Assembly: GCA_964400275.1 (NCBI GenBank)
Contig: CAYNSS010000001.1
Coordinates: 558,839-622,838 of the forward strand
Direction of reading: 5' to 3'
Source of the DNA: an uncultured Pseudomonadota bacterium
GTDB taxonomy: Bacteria; Babelota; Babeliae; Babelales; Chromulinivoraceae
DNA length: 64,000 nucleotides
Shown: piece after piece, positions 55,150 through 62,637 of the stretch
Layout: the number at the start of each line of letters is the position of its first letter
How positions within the stretch are numbered: position 1 is the stretch's first letter
Position numbers and translations under genes: made by a program
The notes under the pieces: generated by a model
Database searches by the model: none
Told to the model about the DNA's origin: nothing
Seen by the model: the letters and a program-made list of their open reading frames with translations, nothing else

Positions 55150-56889
55150 TTAAAATAAGAAGTTGATAGATCCCATGAGTGTTACTGGATAGTAAGCATT
55201 TCGTGGAGCTATTGGTTGTTGCCATAAGAATGAAAGTTGTAGCCCTGGCATAATGTCAAAAACCATTGCAGCGTTAAAGAACTGTGCACGCCAGTCTGAT
55301 CTGCAGGTTAAGACTTCAGGGGTGTAATACTGTGCCTTTGAGGCATCTTTGAAAGAATAGCAATCTCTTGTGTGTTCGATGAGTTCATAAGTAAACCAGA
55401 AGCTAACATGTTTTAAGAATTGGTAGGCATGCAAGAGGGCTTTGAATTCCCAGTTCATGCCGGGTTTTGATGTTACTGTTGCTTCAAATGGGTAAAGTAT
55501 TCTTTGAAGTTGATGAGTTGGGAATGGGCGAGTTTGTACATGAGGAATAAAATAAGTGACTCCACCTTCAAAGCCGACTTCAACAGATTCTGCAAAATCA
55601 AAAGTAAATCCAAGTCCTCCACCCACAGAACCATGTCCATCGTTTCCAAAAGGAAGGGCCAAGATATTGCGATAGTTAGTTTCTTTTGCTATAGGAACTG
55701 ATCCACCAATCCATGTATAAGGAGTGAAAATAGTATCAGGCCATGACCCTGGATCATCATCTTCGTCGTGGCGCGCTCTGAAAGGTTCATAGCTTTTGCT
55801 TAATGTTAAAAGTAAGCGTAGATCATCTACGCTGAAACGATCAAAATTACAAATTGGATTATTATTATCAATACAGTCAGGATTTAAAACAGCAGCAATG
55901 TTATTTGAAATATATTGATTGAATATACTTTGGGCAGTAGCGCTAGCAGTAGAGTTTGAAGAATTGGATTGATTGAGTTGTGCACCATATAAATTAGTAA
56001 CTGTATTACTTGTTCCCAGTACCGCTGAAATAGGATAAGGGCCATAATTTGTTTGGCCACTAGGAGTTGCGCTTGATCCTGTAGTTAATGTATTTACATA
56101 GTATTGTCGCATGTTAGTAAAGCCAGTTTGAATAGTAAGGCCTATATTATCATGTGGTTGAATATTCAACTCGAAGCGTGCTCCAACTTGTTGGTATTCG
56201 ATAGGAAGTGAAAACGCACCAAAGTAGATAGTGTCTTCCGCAAGTTTTCGTGGACTAAAAATACTAAAACTTTCGAATATAGTCTGAGTAGTTTGTGGTA
56301 CTTGTCCATTAGTAAAAAAAATTAAAGGATTTCCGGTAGCAGTAGTTGTACAGTTAGCGGTTCCTGCATTACCAATTAATCCTAAGGCTATATTGCTTAA
56401 GCATGGAGGAAGATCAAATGCTTCAACAGACTCAGGTGTTATATAATTACATGGATCAGTATCAGGATAAGGCTCATTTGTTGTAGGGTCTATGTTTACA
56501 ATAGTTTTTCCGTTTTTAGGATTATGCCCAAGGAATAGACCCATGGCGTATAAAGTTCCTCTAAAGTCGCCCATTTCAAATGCGTTTGGAGCAGAACCGA
56601 CGACGGTACCGTAGCTTGTACTGCCTGTGTATCCACGAGCTTGCACAGCTTTTTGGAAGAATCCGCTCATATTAAAACCAAACCAACGTCGTTTGCTTGG
56701 TTGCTCTTCTTTGATGCGCGCATGCTGAAGAGTGATAAATTGGCTGTTGGGTGGCATCATGCTGTCGTTTGCACTGTAATTTGGTGCAGGATCAAAGTGT
56801 CTTAATGTCGTCAATTTAGCATCAAGAATAGTGCTAAAAAGAAGACAGATGTTGACTCCATAAATGAATTTAACAAATAACTGTTTCAT
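55150..56889 (-). CDS. putative outer-membrane beta-barrel protein
   Basis: Signal peptide. Ser/Thr/Asn-rich surface-loop-like region. C-terminal ...MGSINFLF ends in Phe. Confidence 0.5.
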   Translation of the reverse strand: MKQLFVKFIYGVNICLLFSTILDAKLTTLRHFDPAPNYSANDSMMPPNSQFITLQHARIKEEQPSKRRWFGFNMSGFFQKAVQARGYTGSTSYGTVVGSAPNAFEMGDFRGTLYAMGLFLGHNPKNGKTIVNIDPTTNEPYPDTDPCNYITPESVEAFDLPPCLSNIALGLIGNAGTANCTTTATGNPLIFFTNGQVPQTTQTIFESFSIFSPRKLAEDTIYFGAFSLPIEYQQVGARFELNIQPHDNIGLTIQTGFTNMRQYYVNTLTTGSSATPSGQTNYGPYPISAVLGTSNTVTNLYGAQLNQSNSSNSTASATAQSIFNQYISNNIAAVLNPDCIDNNNPICNFDRFSVDDLRLLLTLSKSYEPFRARHDEDDDPGSWPDTIFTPYTWIGGSVPIAKETNYRNILALPFGNDGHGSVGGGLGFTFDFAESVEVGFEGGVTYFIPHVQTRPFPTHQLQRILYPFEATVTSKPGMNWEFKALLHAYQFLKHVSFWFTYELIEHTRDCYSFKDASKAQYYTPEVLTCRSDWRAQFFNAAMVFDIMPGLQLSFLWQQPIAPRNAYYPVTLMGSINFLF

Positions 56890-56915
56890 AAAATTCTACC
56901 TTTTTTGATTCAAGT

Positions 56916-56935
56916 AGATTCCTCTTAAAGAATCC
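56916..56935. promoter_or_regulatory. recurring palindrome AGATTCCTCTTAAAGAATCC
   Basis: 27-46 nt upstream of start 56889. The adjacent GATTCAAGTAGATT 14-mer also occurs at 2611..2624, upstream of paralog A. Confidence 0.55.
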
Positions 56936-56946
56936 AAATTTTATAT

Positions 56947-58164
56947 TCAAGTATGAGCAAGTAATGTTTGTAATGCAATAGTAAAAATTGTACCTGCACA
57001 AATAAGTCCAAGGATTGTAATATAATTTTGTCCAGATTTCCATTCAGATGGAATAAAAAGTAATGTTACAATTGAACTTATATATGCAAAAAGCAAAAAC
57101 ATATCAGCAAGGCTGAAAAATAGTGATAAATTTTTAATCGTAGCAAAAGCAACAGTAATAATTGTGACAGAAATTAAGACCATTATTTTTTGGGAGATTA
57201 TATTCTTTGAAATTAAATTTTGAAAAGTTTTATTTTTAATTGTTTTTGCTATAGAGAGTAAAAATTCACTTCCTGTCCAAATTACAGCATGTACTGTTGC
57301 AATGATTGAAAAAATAGTTGCGATTCCAATTGATTGTATTAAGTAAGGATGATTTGGATATAGATTAGCAAGAGCTTGAGGTATAGAAATATTAGGGCTA
57401 TTTGAAAAAATAGATTGAGGAATTCCAATAAGAATTGAACCAATAAAAAGTAAGTAGATTATCCCAACGCAAACAAGTGTAATTTTTAAAGCTTTAGGAA
57501 CAGATTTTTGTGGATTATCCATAATTCTAAATAATGATGCAATTCCTTCAAATCCAAAAAAACCAAAAATAGCAATTTTGGTTGCGCCAATTACTGATGC
57601 AAAGCCGTTAGGCATAAAAGGAGTAAGGTTTTCAAAATTCATGTTAAGAGCACAAAGAATCGTTGTCATAACAAGTGGGTATAATGTTGCAAAAATAAGT
57701 ATATATTGACCAATTTTTGAAAGTTTTGCGCCAGCGATATTAAGTAATGTTAATGCGATAATGATTACAAATCCCCAAGTGGTATAGGAATATGTTGGAA
57801 TAAGGTTATGAAGATAGTATCCAGCAAGCCTTGTTAAAAGTCCCATAGCCATCAAAGTACCCATAATATATGAGCATGCAGTAAATATTCCAAATTTATG
57901 TCCAGCCCACTGTTTAGTATAATGATAAACAGAACCTTCGTCTGGAAAAAGATATGCGACACGAGCAAATGATTGTGCGATAAACCAAACTGCTATAAAA
58001 GCAAGAAAAAAAGTTATTATTCCAGCAGGACCAGTTTTTGATCCTAGAAGTGAGGTAGTGCTAAAAATTCCTGCGCCGACGATGGTGTTAATACCGATGA
58101 TAACGGCTGTTTTTAAATCAATTTTTTCTTGACGCAAAGCAGACATTTTTAAATCCTTTTTCAT
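56947..58164 (-). CDS. APC-superfamily amino-acid permease
   Basis: 405 aa with about 11-12 TM helices. N-terminal GINTIVGAGIF motif typical of APC transporters. Confidence 0.7.
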   Translation of the reverse strand: MKKDLKMSALRQEKIDLKTAVIIGINTIVGAGIFSTTSLLGSKTGPAGIITFFLAFIAVWFIAQSFARVAYLFPDEGSVYHYTKQWAGHKFGIFTACSYIMGTLMAMGLLTRLAGYYLHNLIPTYSYTTWGFVIIIALTLLNIAGAKLSKIGQYILIFATLYPLVMTTILCALNMNFENLTPFMPNGFASVIGATKIAIFGFFGFEGIASLFRIMDNPQKSVPKALKITLVCVGIIYLLFIGSILIGIPQSIFSNSPNISIPQALANLYPNHPYLIQSIGIATIFSIIATVHAVIWTGSEFLLSIAKTIKNKTFQNLISKNIISQKIMVLISVTIITVAFATIKNLSLFFSLADMFLLFAYISSIVTLLFIPSEWKSGQNYITILGLICAGTIFTIALQTLLAHT

Positions 58165-58262
58165 TGCAATTTTGATCTATATAATCTATATGATATGCTA
58201 AACCTTATAGCATGCTTTTATATTCCAAACAAGTTTTATAAAAACTCTTTAAAAAAATGACC

Positions 58263-58568
58263 CATGGGGTCATTTTAGAATATGTTTGGAATTTAACCAT
58301 ATAAAAAATAAAGATTATGAACTATTCAATTTATTATCAAGCACGCGTTCAAAAAGAACTTTGCTGGTTTGTTACATCAAGTATTCGTTTTTGCGAGCAT
58401 GTTGCTTTTGATCGTACCGTAGAAAAAGAAGAAAGTATTTTTGAATTCTTTGTAGCTCCTGACATGGAAGCTGAATTTTTAGATGTTGCTCACAAACTTC
58501 TTGCGCGCGGTGTATTTTTAGATTTACAAAAATTACCAAATAGATTAATTGATAGTGATATAGTTTAA
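58263..58568 (+). repeat. direct repeat copy 1 (~306 bp) containing the 83-aa gene
   Basis: Identical to 61505..61809 except one extra G (58263..58276 catggggtcatttt vs catgggtcatttt) and one A/G substitution. Confidence 0.95.
58317..58568 (+). CDS. hypothetical 83-aa protein, copy 1
   Basis: MNYSIYYQARVQKELCWFVTSSIRFCEHVAFDRT... Duplicated at 61558..61809 with a single R/K difference. Confidence 0.6.
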   Translation: MNYSIYYQARVQKELCWFVTSSIRFCEHVAFDRTVEKEESIFEFFVAPDMEAEFLDVAHKLLARGVFLDLQKLPNRLIDSDIV

Positions 58569-58611
58569 TTGTCATTAAATTTTAAAGCTATTTATTAAAA
58601 AAGGGATTTGT

Positions 58612-60633
58612 ATGCTGAAGAAAATTATTTTGTTTAGTAGCGTAATTTTTTTAGAAAATGAATTATATTCAGCTGCAAAAGCAGCAGCTGCAGAACATCA
58701 TTTAGTTTTTGATAGAAATTTATACGAAAAGCTTAAAAAGTTTTATGATGAAATTTCAGAGAATAATATTGCCGAATTATCAAATAGATACTCTATATCA
58801 GAAGACATAGCGCAATTACTTTCTTTTCATAAAAAATACATAAATCAACCTATTGAGGAAAAAGGAGCAAAGCCTCTTTTGCTAGCAGTTTACAAAGGTG
58901 ATTTAGAAGTTATTCAATTATTGCTTGATCGTGGCGCTGATATTAATAAAGCTGTAAATGATGGAACAAGTCCACTTTTAATAGCAGCTGCGGGGGGTCG
59001 TGAAAAAGTGGTTGAATTATTGCTTAAGCGTGGTGCTGATAAAAATCAAGCAAATAATAATGGAGCAAGTCCACTTTGTGCAGCCGCTGAATATGGCCAT
59101 GAAAAAGTCGTTCAATTGTTGCTTGATCATGGTGCTGCAATTAATAAAGCAACGCATGATGGATCAACGCCAGTTTATATCGCAGCCTTCAAGGGTCATG
59201 AAAAAGTGGTTGAATTATTGCTTAATCGTGGTGCTGATAAAAATCAAGCAAATAATAATGGAATAACGCCACTTTTTGCAGCAGCTCAATATGGTCATGA
59301 AAAAGTGGTTGAATTATTGGTTAATGCTAGAGGTATTGAAATTAATAAATCAAACAATGGTAATGAAACACCACTTTATATCGCAGCCGTCAAGGGTCAT
59401 GAAAAAGTGGTTGAATTATTAGTTAATCATGGTGCTGATAAAAATCAAGCAAATAACAATGGAGTAACGCCACTTTATGCAGCAGCTGAAAATGGCCATG
59501 AAAAAATTGTTCAATTGTTGCTTGATCGTGGTGCTGAAATTAATAAAGCGGCAGTTGATGGAGCAACGCCACTTTATATAGCAACATTCAGGCGTCATAT
59601 AAATATTCTTAAACTATTACTTGGCGCTGGTGCCAATAAAGATCAAGCAACTAATGATGGAGCAACGCCATTTTATCTAGCTGCTGAAAAAGGCTACGAC
59701 GAGATTGTTGAATTGTTACTTAAGCATGGCGCTGATGCCAATAAGGCAAAAAATAATAATGCAACGCCACTTTTGGTAGCAGCTGAAAATGGCCATGAAA
59801 AAATTGTTCAATTGTTGCTTGATCGTGGTGCTGAAATTAATAAAGCAGCAAATGATGGAGCAACGCCACTTTATGCAGCAGTTGAAAATGGTCATGAAAA
59901 AGTTGTTCAATTGTTGCTTCATGTTCATGATATCGAAATTAATAAAGCTGCAAATGATGGAACAAATCCACTTTTACTAGCAGCTGCGATGGGTCATGAA
60001 AAAGTGGTTGAATTATTGCTTAATCGTGGTGCTGATAAAAATAAAGCAAATAAAGATGGAATAACGCCACTTTATGCAGCAGCTAAATATGGTCATGAAA
60101 AAGTTGTTGAAATGTTAGCTAATGCTAGTGGTATTGAAATTAATAAAGCGACGGGTGATGGAATAACTCCTCTTTGTACAGCAGTTGAAGAAGGCCATGA
60201 AAAAGTTGTTCAAGTATTGGTTAATGCTAGAGGTATTGAAATTAATAAATCAAATAATGAGCAAGAAACACCACTTTATATAGCAGCTCAAGAAGGCTAT
60301 GAAGAAATTGTTCATCTATTACTTCAAAAAAACGCTGATCCTAACAAAGCAAGAAAAGATAATTCAACACCACTTTTTGTAGCATCTTTCATGGGGAATA
60401 AAAATATTGTCAAATTATTGCTTGATCATGGCGCTGATAAAAACAAAGCAAAAAATGATGGAGCAACGCCACTTTATATAGCAGCTCAAGAACGTCATGC
60501 AGAAATTGTTAAATTATTGCTTGATTATGGCGCTGATAAAAATAAAGCAAATAATGATGGGCACACACCACGTTATATAGCATTGGCAAAACACTACGAC
60601 GATATAATTGAATTATTGCCTCAGGGTGCTTAA
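58612..60633 (+). CDS. ankyrin-repeat protein (17-18 repeats) with N-terminal signal-like segment
   Basis: 33-aa periodic G.TPL..AA..GH.KVV.LLL..GAD.NKA consensus repeated from about aa 86 to the C-terminus. Several 99-nt units are nearly identical at DNA level. Confidence 0.92.
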   Translation: MLKKIILFSSVIFLENELYSAAKAAAAEHHLVFDRNLYEKLKKFYDEISENNIAELSNRYSISEDIAQLLSFHKKYINQPIEEKGAKPLLLAVYKGDLEVIQLLLDRGADINKAVNDGTSPLLIAAAGGREKVVELLLKRGADKNQANNNGASPLCAAAEYGHEKVVQLLLDHGAAINKATHDGSTPVYIAAFKGHEKVVELLLNRGADKNQANNNGITPLFAAAQYGHEKVVELLVNARGIEINKSNNGNETPLYIAAVKGHEKVVELLVNHGADKNQANNNGVTPLYAAAENGHEKIVQLLLDRGAEINKAAVDGATPLYIATFRRHINILKLLLGAGANKDQATNDGATPFYLAAEKGYDEIVELLLKHGADANKAKNNNATPLLVAAENGHEKIVQLLLDRGAEINKAANDGATPLYAAVENGHEKVVQLLLHVHDIEINKAANDGTNPLLLAAAMGHEKVVELLLNRGADKNKANKDGITPLYAAAKYGHEKVVEMLANASGIEINKATGDGITPLCTAVEEGHEKVVQVLVNARGIEINKSNNEQETPLYIAAQEGYEEIVHLLLQKNADPNKARKDNSTPLFVASFMGNKNIVKLLLDHGADKNKAKNDGATPLYIAAQERHAEIVKLLLDYGADKNKANNDGHTPRYIALAKHYDDIIELLPQGA

Positions 60634-60656
60634 GAACCTTTATTGAAATAAAAACT

Positions 60657-60704
60657 AAAGCTAATCTTAATTAAGATAAAAATAATTTAATTAAGATTAG
60701 CTTT
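60657..60704. terminator. bidirectional terminator between the ankyrin gene and the truncated gltX copy
   Basis: Perfect 18-bp inverted repeat aaagctaatcttaattaa / ttaattaagattagcttt with a 12-nt loop and a T-run after it. Confidence 0.75.
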
Positions 60705-60713
60705 GAAATTTTT

Positions 60714-61541
60714 TTATTTTTTAATATTTTCGATACGTTCAAAAAATTCTTTATTTCCTAAATCTGTAAATAGATCTTGCAGTTGCATACCTTTAGCAGA
60801 ACCGGTTAGAAATATTCGAATTGAAGCAAACAAGATTTTGTTTTCAATTCCGGCAGACGCTGCTTGTGCTTTGACCGCATTCATGAAGTTATTCCAGTCA
60901 TCATGTTTGCATGCAAGCAATATTTCTTTAATTTTTATAAATGTTTCCTGATCTGCAACATCACTATAAATTTTTGTATCAATCGTTGGTCTTACAAAGT
61001 AGAATTTCAAAAGTTCAGTAACTTGTGCAAGTGTTTGCATATCTGTTTGAACAGTTTTAATTAATTTTGTAAGAGTTTGGTCAGATACTGATGCAATGTT
61101 GTATTGATTTGCTAAAAATGGTTTACACAGTTCTGTTAGTTTCTCAAGATTATAGCTTACAATCCATTTATGATTTATCCATTTTAATTTTTCAATATCG
61201 TATTTGATTTGACTTGCGCCGTGTAGGTTGTCGAACTTATAGTTTTTTGCAAGAACATCCAATGACATGATTTCTTGTTCAAATGAGCAGCCTAAAATTC
61301 CTAAGTAGTTGCAAATTGCTTCAGGTAAATATCCTTGAGCTTCCACATCTTCAAGTGAAAATCCACGATCACGTTTAGAAAGTTTTTTGTCTTCTTGGTT
61401 ACACAATGTAGGTAAATGCCAAAATATAGGCAGTGGATATTCCAGAGCGTTATACAGCACAGTTTGGCTTACTGTATTTGATAGATGTTCCTCACCGCGG
61501 AAAACATGGGTCATTTTAGAATATGTTTGGAATTTAACCAT
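60714..61541 (-). CDS. truncated glutamyl-tRNA synthetase paralog (KMSKS loop plus anticodon-binding half only)
   Basis: 275-aa intact ORF. From MTHVFRGEEHL onward it is collinear with full gltX (offset 1916 nt). It lacks the HIGH/Rossmann N-terminal half, and the first 9 aa come from unrelated sequence. Confidence 0.6.
   Translation of the reverse strand: MVKFQTYSKMTHVFRGEEHLSNTVSQTVLYNALEYPLPIFWHLPTLCNQEDKKLSKRDRGFSLEDVEAQGYLPEAICNYLGILGCSFEQEIMSLDVLAKNYKFDNLHGASQIKYDIEKLKWINHKWIVSYNLEKLTELCKPFLANQYNIASVSDQTLTKLIKTVQTDMQTLAQVTELLKFYFVRPTIDTKIYSDVADQETFIKIKEILLACKHDDWNNFMNAVKAQAASAGIENKILFASIRIFLTGSAKGMQLQDLFTDLGNKEFFERIENIKK
60976..61517. repeat. 542-bp ~99%-identical block shared with 62892..63433
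   Basis: Only a handful of substitutions by eye (e.g. PTLCNQEDKK vs PILCNQEGKK), while the adjacent 3' block 60714..60975 is much more diverged from 62636..62891. Confidence 0.9.
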
Positions 61542-61809
61542 ATAAAAAATAAAGATTATGAACTATTCAATTTATTATCAAGCACGCGTTCAAAAAGAAC
61601 TTTGCTGGTTTGTTACATCAAGTATTCGTTTTTGCGAGCATGTTGCTTTTGATCGTACCGTAGAAAAAGAAGAAAGTATTTTTGAATTCTTTGTAGCTCC
61701 TGACATGGAAGCTGAATTTTTAGATGTTGCTCACAAACTTCTTGCGCGCGGTGTATTTTTAGATTTACAAAAATTACCAAATAAATTAATTGATAGTGAT
61801 ATAGTTTAA
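61505..61809 (+). repeat. direct repeat copy 2 (~305 bp) containing the 83-aa gene
   Basis: See 58263..58568. The left edge abuts the truncated gltX at gggtcatttt|agaatatg. Confidence 0.95.
61558..61809 (+). CDS. hypothetical 83-aa protein, copy 2
   Basis: Identical to 58317..58568 apart from K76 instead of R76. Confidence 0.6.
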   Translation: MNYSIYYQARVQKELCWFVTSSIRFCEHVAFDRTVEKEESIFEFFVAPDMEAEFLDVAHKLLARGVFLDLQKLPNKLIDSDIV

Positions 61810-61886
61810 AAGAAATAAAATTTTATTGACTTCATTAATTTCAAAATGCAAAAATTTAAAAAATTTAAAAAAATAAGGATTTTGAA

Positions 61887-62603
61887 GTGATGAAGAGAAT
61901 TGTTTTTTTAGTTAGTTTTTTAATTGGTAGCTTCTTTTTATTAAAATATATTTCTGAATGGCATAATCCGATTAATGAAGATGGTTTTTGTGATCCACAG
62001 CATTGTATTTATGCTGATAAAAATTATAAGTCTGTCACATTAAGTTCAATGGATAATATTTTTAAGGTTAATTATGTTGAAAATGCTTCTCCTGAATGCA
62101 TGGGAGCATATTTTCCTGCAGTTCATATAACGACTGATGTAGCACATGATAAATGGATTTTGCTCATGCATAATCAGGGCGATAAAATGCATCCTATGAA
62201 AATAAATGCTTATCCAGACCCTAAGATTTTTCAGGGAAACAATGAAGCTATTGAGCATGGTGATAAAGTTTTGGATGACAAGATTGAACAAGAAGCTATA
62301 AATGTTCATTCGAAATTTTATAGTTCTGAGCAAGATTTTTTTGCTAATTTGTTTACAGGATATGGGTTATATTGGAATAGAAGTTTTAATGTACAAAATC
62401 ATACATATGCTGTTCAAGCTGACCTTGATAAAAAAACAGTTCGTTGCATTGGTGGTATATCATGGGGTTATAAACGATCTTGGTGGAATTTGAGACCAAG
62501 TATGATTCCTTTACGAGCTTTAACTCATCAAGACTGGAAAAACGATTGGCTAGAAATATCTAAGCGTCAATTTAGAGAATATAAAGATCTTACTGAAGAA
62601 TAA
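61887..62603 (+). CDS. hypothetical secreted protein
   Basis: 238-aa ORF (GTG 61887 or ATG 61890). Signal peptide MKRIVFLVSFLIGSFFLL. AAGGA upstream. Confidence 0.55.
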   Translation: MMKRIVFLVSFLIGSFFLLKYISEWHNPINEDGFCDPQHCIYADKNYKSVTLSSMDNIFKVNYVENASPECMGAYFPAVHITTDVAHDKWILLMHNQGDKMHPMKINAYPDPKIFQGNNEAIEHGDKVLDDKIEQEAINVHSKFYSSEQDFFANLFTGYGLYWNRSFNVQNHTYAVQADLDKKTVRCIGGISWGYKRSWWNLRPSMIPLRALTHQDWKNDWLEISKRQFREYKDLTEE

Positions 62604-62605
62604 AT

Positions 62606-62637
62606 AAAGGCGTCTTTAACAGACGCCTTTTAATTTT
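62606..62637. terminator. bidirectional terminator between convergent genes
   Basis: aaaggcgtct / agacgccttt stem, followed by TAATTTT. Confidence 0.8.

Noticed and set aside
58870-60610. Regular ~99-nt periodic repeats that could superficially suggest a CRISPR-like or satellite array, plus track ORFs 59000..59266, 59716..59928 and 59789..59980
   Set aside because: The periodicity is exactly 33 codons and translates in one frame into canonical ankyrin repeats. There are no unique spacers. The alternative-frame ORFs are artefacts of the repeat.
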